A stretch of DNA of 57,456 nt, from the NCBI GenBank assembly GCA_016927655.1, contig JAFGMG010000003.1, positions 1-57,456 on the forward strand. The letters run 5' to 3'. The stretch comes from Candidatus Dojkabacteria bacterium. Lineage in GTDB: Bacteria; Patescibacteriota; Dojkabacteria; B142; JAFGMG01. This document shows, in pieces, positions 55,001 to 57,456 of this stretch. The position numbers were made by a program, and so were the translations under genes. Under the pieces are notes generated by a model that did no database searches, had not been told where the DNA came from, and saw only the letters and a list, made by a program, of their open reading frames with translations. Position 1 is the first letter of the stretch; each line of letters begins with the position of its first letter.

Positions 55001-57456
55001 TCTGTTAAGAATGTGTAACTACTAACAGATGAAGTATCAATATAAGAATCACAATCTGGAGATGGGAACGTATTGTCTGTACACCATTGTATTGTGTAAG
55101 GGATTGTAGCCAATCCAGAACCGTCAGTATTGTCACTAACTGAGTTCCAGTCAATAAAAGGTGTGGCATCATTAGTTGGCGACAATGCTGTTGTTGGAGT
55201 GGAAGGGACACCTGGCGCAGTATTATCCACAACAACTGATCCGGTATTAGAATAACTTGATTGATTACCCAAACTGTCAAAAGCGTACACTCTGAAATAC
55301 CATCTATCATCTGCAAGATCCACAGAATGCGTGTAACTTGTAGTATTTGTAGTATCCGTCGTTGGACTTGTAAAATTAGAACTCGTACTCCATTGGACCG
55401 TATACTCTGCAACAGGCACACCATCATCTAAAGACTGTGTCCACTCCCAAGTCGGTTTCCTATCTGTTCTTGGTGTGGTAGTCGAAGGAGTCCCTGGTTT
55501 CGTAGGACCCGTGCTATCAATCTCAACTACAGCATAGTTTGAATACTCAGATATATTTCCGGCATTATCGCTTGCTTTTACTCTGAAATACCAGATTCCA
55601 TCGGAAAGGGAAATCCCATGCGTATATGAATTAGTATCGACCGAGGCTGAATTTCCATCGCAATCAGGTGACGGAAAAGAATTATTACCACACCATTGAA
55701 CGTTATAGGGAAGAATAGCCAATCCGGAATCGGAATCAGTTGATTCTGCCCAGCTCCAGGTTGGAGTATTATCAGTAGTTGGTGTGGTAGTTGAAGGGTC
55801 TCCAGGCACACTTGGCGGCTGCGTATCCAATATAAACGCAATTTCTCCATTATTTGCAGTTGTATATCCGCTCGATCCGCCTGCATCACTAGATTCTACC
55901 CTCCAATAATAACTATCATCAGACAAAGTCTGACTTTCCGAACCAGCATCATAAGTTCCATCTCCAGCAGCTTGTCCAACTGTAAAAGAATATTCTCCGG
56001 AACTCAAGCTTCCAAGAGTATAGTCCACTACCGCTGAATCAAATCCAACACTATTGTCAATTTGTATATGATAACTAAGAGGGTCTCCTTCTGAGTCATT
56101 TATTGTAAATACAAAAGTCGGAGTATTGTCATTTGTATAACTCCCATCGGTCAGATTCGTTGGGAGCAGATTTGATACCTCGTCTGGATTTGCATTAAAA
56201 GTAGACTCATAAACAGTTCCTCCCTCAGCTCCCACCCCGCCGCTTCCATACAATGCCTCAATAGCCCCATCATATGTTTTCGAAGAATATTGAACAGAGA
56301 CTCTTCCACCTCCACCTCCTGCACTGCAAGTAGCACCAGTTGCATTTCCTCCGTTCGCCTGTATGTATCCGCCTGAACCAGCTGAGCCAAAAACTCCATT
56401 TGAAATAAGTTTCACGCTTCCTCCGGAACCTGCTCCAGAATTGATTGTAGAAATACTCGCACCATTTGCCGAAATCGTCCCATCTACAGTTACATCTCCC
56501 ACACTTTCAATCATTACAACGCCTCCGCCAGCTCCTCCTGTCCCTCCGCCACCACTTCCAAGGTCTTGAGGATCTGATTCAGAACCATATTTACTTCCAA
56601 GTCCAGTTGAACATCCACCACTTCCCTGTGCTCCATATCCAGCGTATGTTCCTCCGGTTGCCGTCGTCCCGGCACCAGTCCCGGCTCCAGCAGCATACCC
56701 ATAAGAATTACTTTCAATCACTCCACCTGTCTTCACATCCAAGGAACTCACCTGCAGATCAACCCCGTAGTCATTCTCATAATTAGCATCACCATTATTA
56801 TAAGGCACCAAAGACAAATTCCCTCCATCTTCTACAATCAAATTTCCAAAATTATATTGGTTTATTGGATCTAAGGCCTTTGCAATTCTAACCGCTGTAT
56901 TTGCATATATAGTTAAATTCGAATTACTACCTAAAGTTACATCGCTTGAATTCGGACTAAAATCACCGGTTGCATTAATATTCAAACCAGCTATTGTTGT
57001 TCCACCACTCAATGAAATATCTCCTTCCGCGGTGAAAATTGCGGAATCATCACCACTCAAAGAATTACCTGGAAGAATGTTTAAAACACTGGCCGATCCT
57101 AAAATTCTGAGATTGCCTTTACCTGTCAAAACTATTTCCTTAAATGTATATGTCCCGCTTGTAAGAACTGCATCAAAATTTGATGGATGATCTCCTACAT
57201 TATCTACCAGCAGAGTCCCCTGATTCGACGTATCTACTCCTTCGTGTTCGATATATACTGTTCCTGCTCCTGCGTATGATATTAAAGAGTCATTATTGTC
57301 CAAAATTCCACCATTTGCATGTACTTTAGGGTCTGCCTCACCAATCGAACTGATTATTGAAGAATTGTCTGTACCATAATATATCGCTATTCTTCCTCCA
57401 CTCCCTGTCTCACTTTCGTCTCCTGGCGAATCTCCTCCATTCGCCTCTATAATCCC
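52030..57456 (-). CDS. giant cell-surface protein (start outside window): Gly-rich repeats, about 9 tandem Ig/FN3-like repeats, C-terminal FN3-like domain and TM anchor
   Basis: Frame stays open from 57303 to the window end (GIIEANGG...GSGGRIAI...), giving at least 1808 aa; GGGGG/G.I.ANG repeats; ~100-aa D.TP.W.W...WY.RV.A.D..GN.S.YS repeats; C-terminal hydrophobic helix plus basic tail. Confidence 0.9.
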   Translation of the reverse strand, partial: GIIEANGGDSPGDESETGSGGRIAIYYGTDNSSIISSIGEADPKVHANGGILDNNDSLISYAGAGTVYIEHEGVDTSNQGTLLVDNVGDHPSNFDAVLTSGTYTFKEIVLTGKGNLRILGSASVLNILPGNSLSGDDSAIFTAEGDISLSGGTTIAGLNINATGDFSPNSSDVTLGSNSNLTIYANTAVRIAKALDPINQYNFGNLIVEDGGNLSLVPYNNGDANYENDYGVDLQVSSLDVKTGGVIESNSYGYAAGAGTGAGTTATGGTYAGYGAQGSGGCSTGLGSKYGSESDPQDLGSGGGGTGGAGGGVVMIESVGDVTVDGTISANGASISTINSGAGSGGSVKLISNGVFGSAGSGGYIQANGGNATGATCSAGGGGGRVSVQYSSKTYDGAIEALYGSGGVGAEGGTVYESTFNANPDEVSNLLPTNLTDGSYTNDNTPTFVFTINDSEGDPLSYHIQIDNSVGFDSAVVDYTLGSLSSGEYSFTVGQAAGDGTYDAGSESQTLSDDSYYWRVESSDAGGSSGYTTANNGEIAFILDTQPPSVPGDPSTTTPTTDNTPTWSWAESTDSDSGLAILPYNVQWCGNNSFPSPDCDGNSASVDTNSYTHGISLSDGIWYFRVKASDNAGNISEYSNYAVVEIDSTGPTKPGTPSTTTPRTDRKPTWEWTQSLDDGVPVAEYTVQWSTSSNFTSPTTDTTNTTSYTHSVDLADDRWYFRVYAFDSLGNQSSYSNTGSVVVDNTAPGVPSTPTTALSPTNDATPFIDWNSVSDNTDGSGLATIPYTIQWCTDNTFPSPDCDSYIDTSSVSSYTFLTDLADGTWYYKVKAVDKVGNESAYSDYGTVIIDTDLPDTPTNVTVDAYTQDTTPTWEWDAVYDDGDAAYISNYEIWWCDASDFLDCDANKTNVVTNSYTPGSPLADGSWYVKVKAIDSVGNESYYSDYARAIIDTVPPTPPTSFTRTTPTHDTTPRWDWSGASDSGGSGINAYIVQWCDNEAYTGCDANISNRSVNNFTLPESSEGTYYIRVKGVDRALLESDYSVSSDITIDISDPDIPGTPIADSPTMDKTPTWEWEAATAVDIDYYRLEWSQSQTFSSGVSAANSDTPTYTHTSNLADGTWYARVRARDIAGNYSEYSNTGSLVLDAEIEGVPDVPVTETPTSDTKPIWIWNEFSGESGITYQYKFEWCDNSNFSGCESNTILVSELTYTHLIDLVEGTWYARLSVVSELGVQSGFSELGEVRIDLSDPELPAIINPASKTYMNNPRPSFSWFSRYSDDVIRYRFTLNSAIEVYPVNSYAASTVNTDKYNIYYSNFNDPDPLNDIISLSTKSSSNWGAGRNNGNLSEGINSLEVIAYDGVGNFSSTEVEFFADFHAPSLQDVKINGSTDSSSKTLDTSISISGRVVDQLSGSGEKAAVGPLKVVMTINKLQGGSTTTILTAVNNFPDIYWSYNENIITDNTLNVSDKYADFSFSPSESFEAGEYQIILKAYDKLGNITETTKTLEIVGDITDLNVDELEEIIINNDNASDLINNLDSSNEGGILQNVVQGVRGVVSEGLKIISENLGGVIGGSVNYLVDLQNNLFGFSRGLRSGLLDLIRYAANELANNAEVIANTLGNFVLTHVPEVAADINRGINENVVRPLFADSYSKVVAIWDLWFDKEATAISDVQVVEKGDNYAVIEWKTNHLATSKVNYGDSLDYGESVEYDRKTKVHQVIITDLEPGQEYYYEVMSNGNNYVYDAWHKFSTTEGGNIIDPDSISIMVADAGSGGINKALQATTLGLILYFLVTIFIFNRIRTKDLRKYVN

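Noticed and set aside
55223..55231. Perfect DnaA box TTATCCACA
   Set aside because: Single copy inside a CDS; no cluster or AT-rich unwinding element
195..56786. Many 60-210 aa shadow ORFs in the track (e.g. 4922-5377, 40583-41209, 14942-15421)
   Set aside because: Antisense or out-of-frame overlaps of well-supported genes, with Phe/Ser-rich composition typical of reverse-strand artefacts
1..57456. CRISPR array, rRNA, transposase or integrase
   Set aside because: No regularly spaced repeats, rRNA-like tracts or recombinase/transposase motifs seen; almost all sequence is accounted for by genes
1..57456. Alternative genetic code (TGA=Gly, code 25)
   Set aside because: Core genes are uninterrupted in code 11 and several ORFs end plausibly at TGA (7991, 14913, 47743, 49020)

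Overview
57.5-kb, gene-dense, core-rich window from a bacterium using genetic code 11 (TGA is used as a stop). Gene content and style suggest a Patescibacteria/CPR organism, possibly Dojkabacteria-like (inference only): FtsA-like plus baseplate-J pair, PilN/PilO-like genes, archaeal-type Nfo, tRNA-Arg(GCG), TTCGG direct repeat in the lexA promoter, almost no Shine-Dalgarno sites. It carries dnaJ, serS, valS, metG, rpoBC-rpsLG, rpmH-rnpA, yidC-jag, yidD, rplY, lexA, trxB, a Glu/Leu/Phe/Val dehydrogenase, tmRNA, three tRNAs and the 3' part of a giant repeat-rich surface protein. No CRISPR array, rRNA, transposase or integrase was seen. The most unusual signals are: (1) a ValRS with three apparently intact hydrolase domains inserted (HAD, alpha/beta-hydrolase, histidine phosphatase); (2) its T-box leader, which pairs an apparently ultrashort Stem I with a transcription terminator; (3) a circularly permuted DsbA/BdbD; (4) a protease-less Lon AAA+ protein lacking the pore-loop Tyr; (5) a 473-nt tmRNA with a 32-residue tag; (6) an unexplained ~90-nt rod-shaped RNA with its own promoter and U-tract; (7) an RNA polymerase with a Pol II-like trigger loop and a remodelled rifamycin pocket. 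All family assignments come from motif recognition by eye; no database searches were run.
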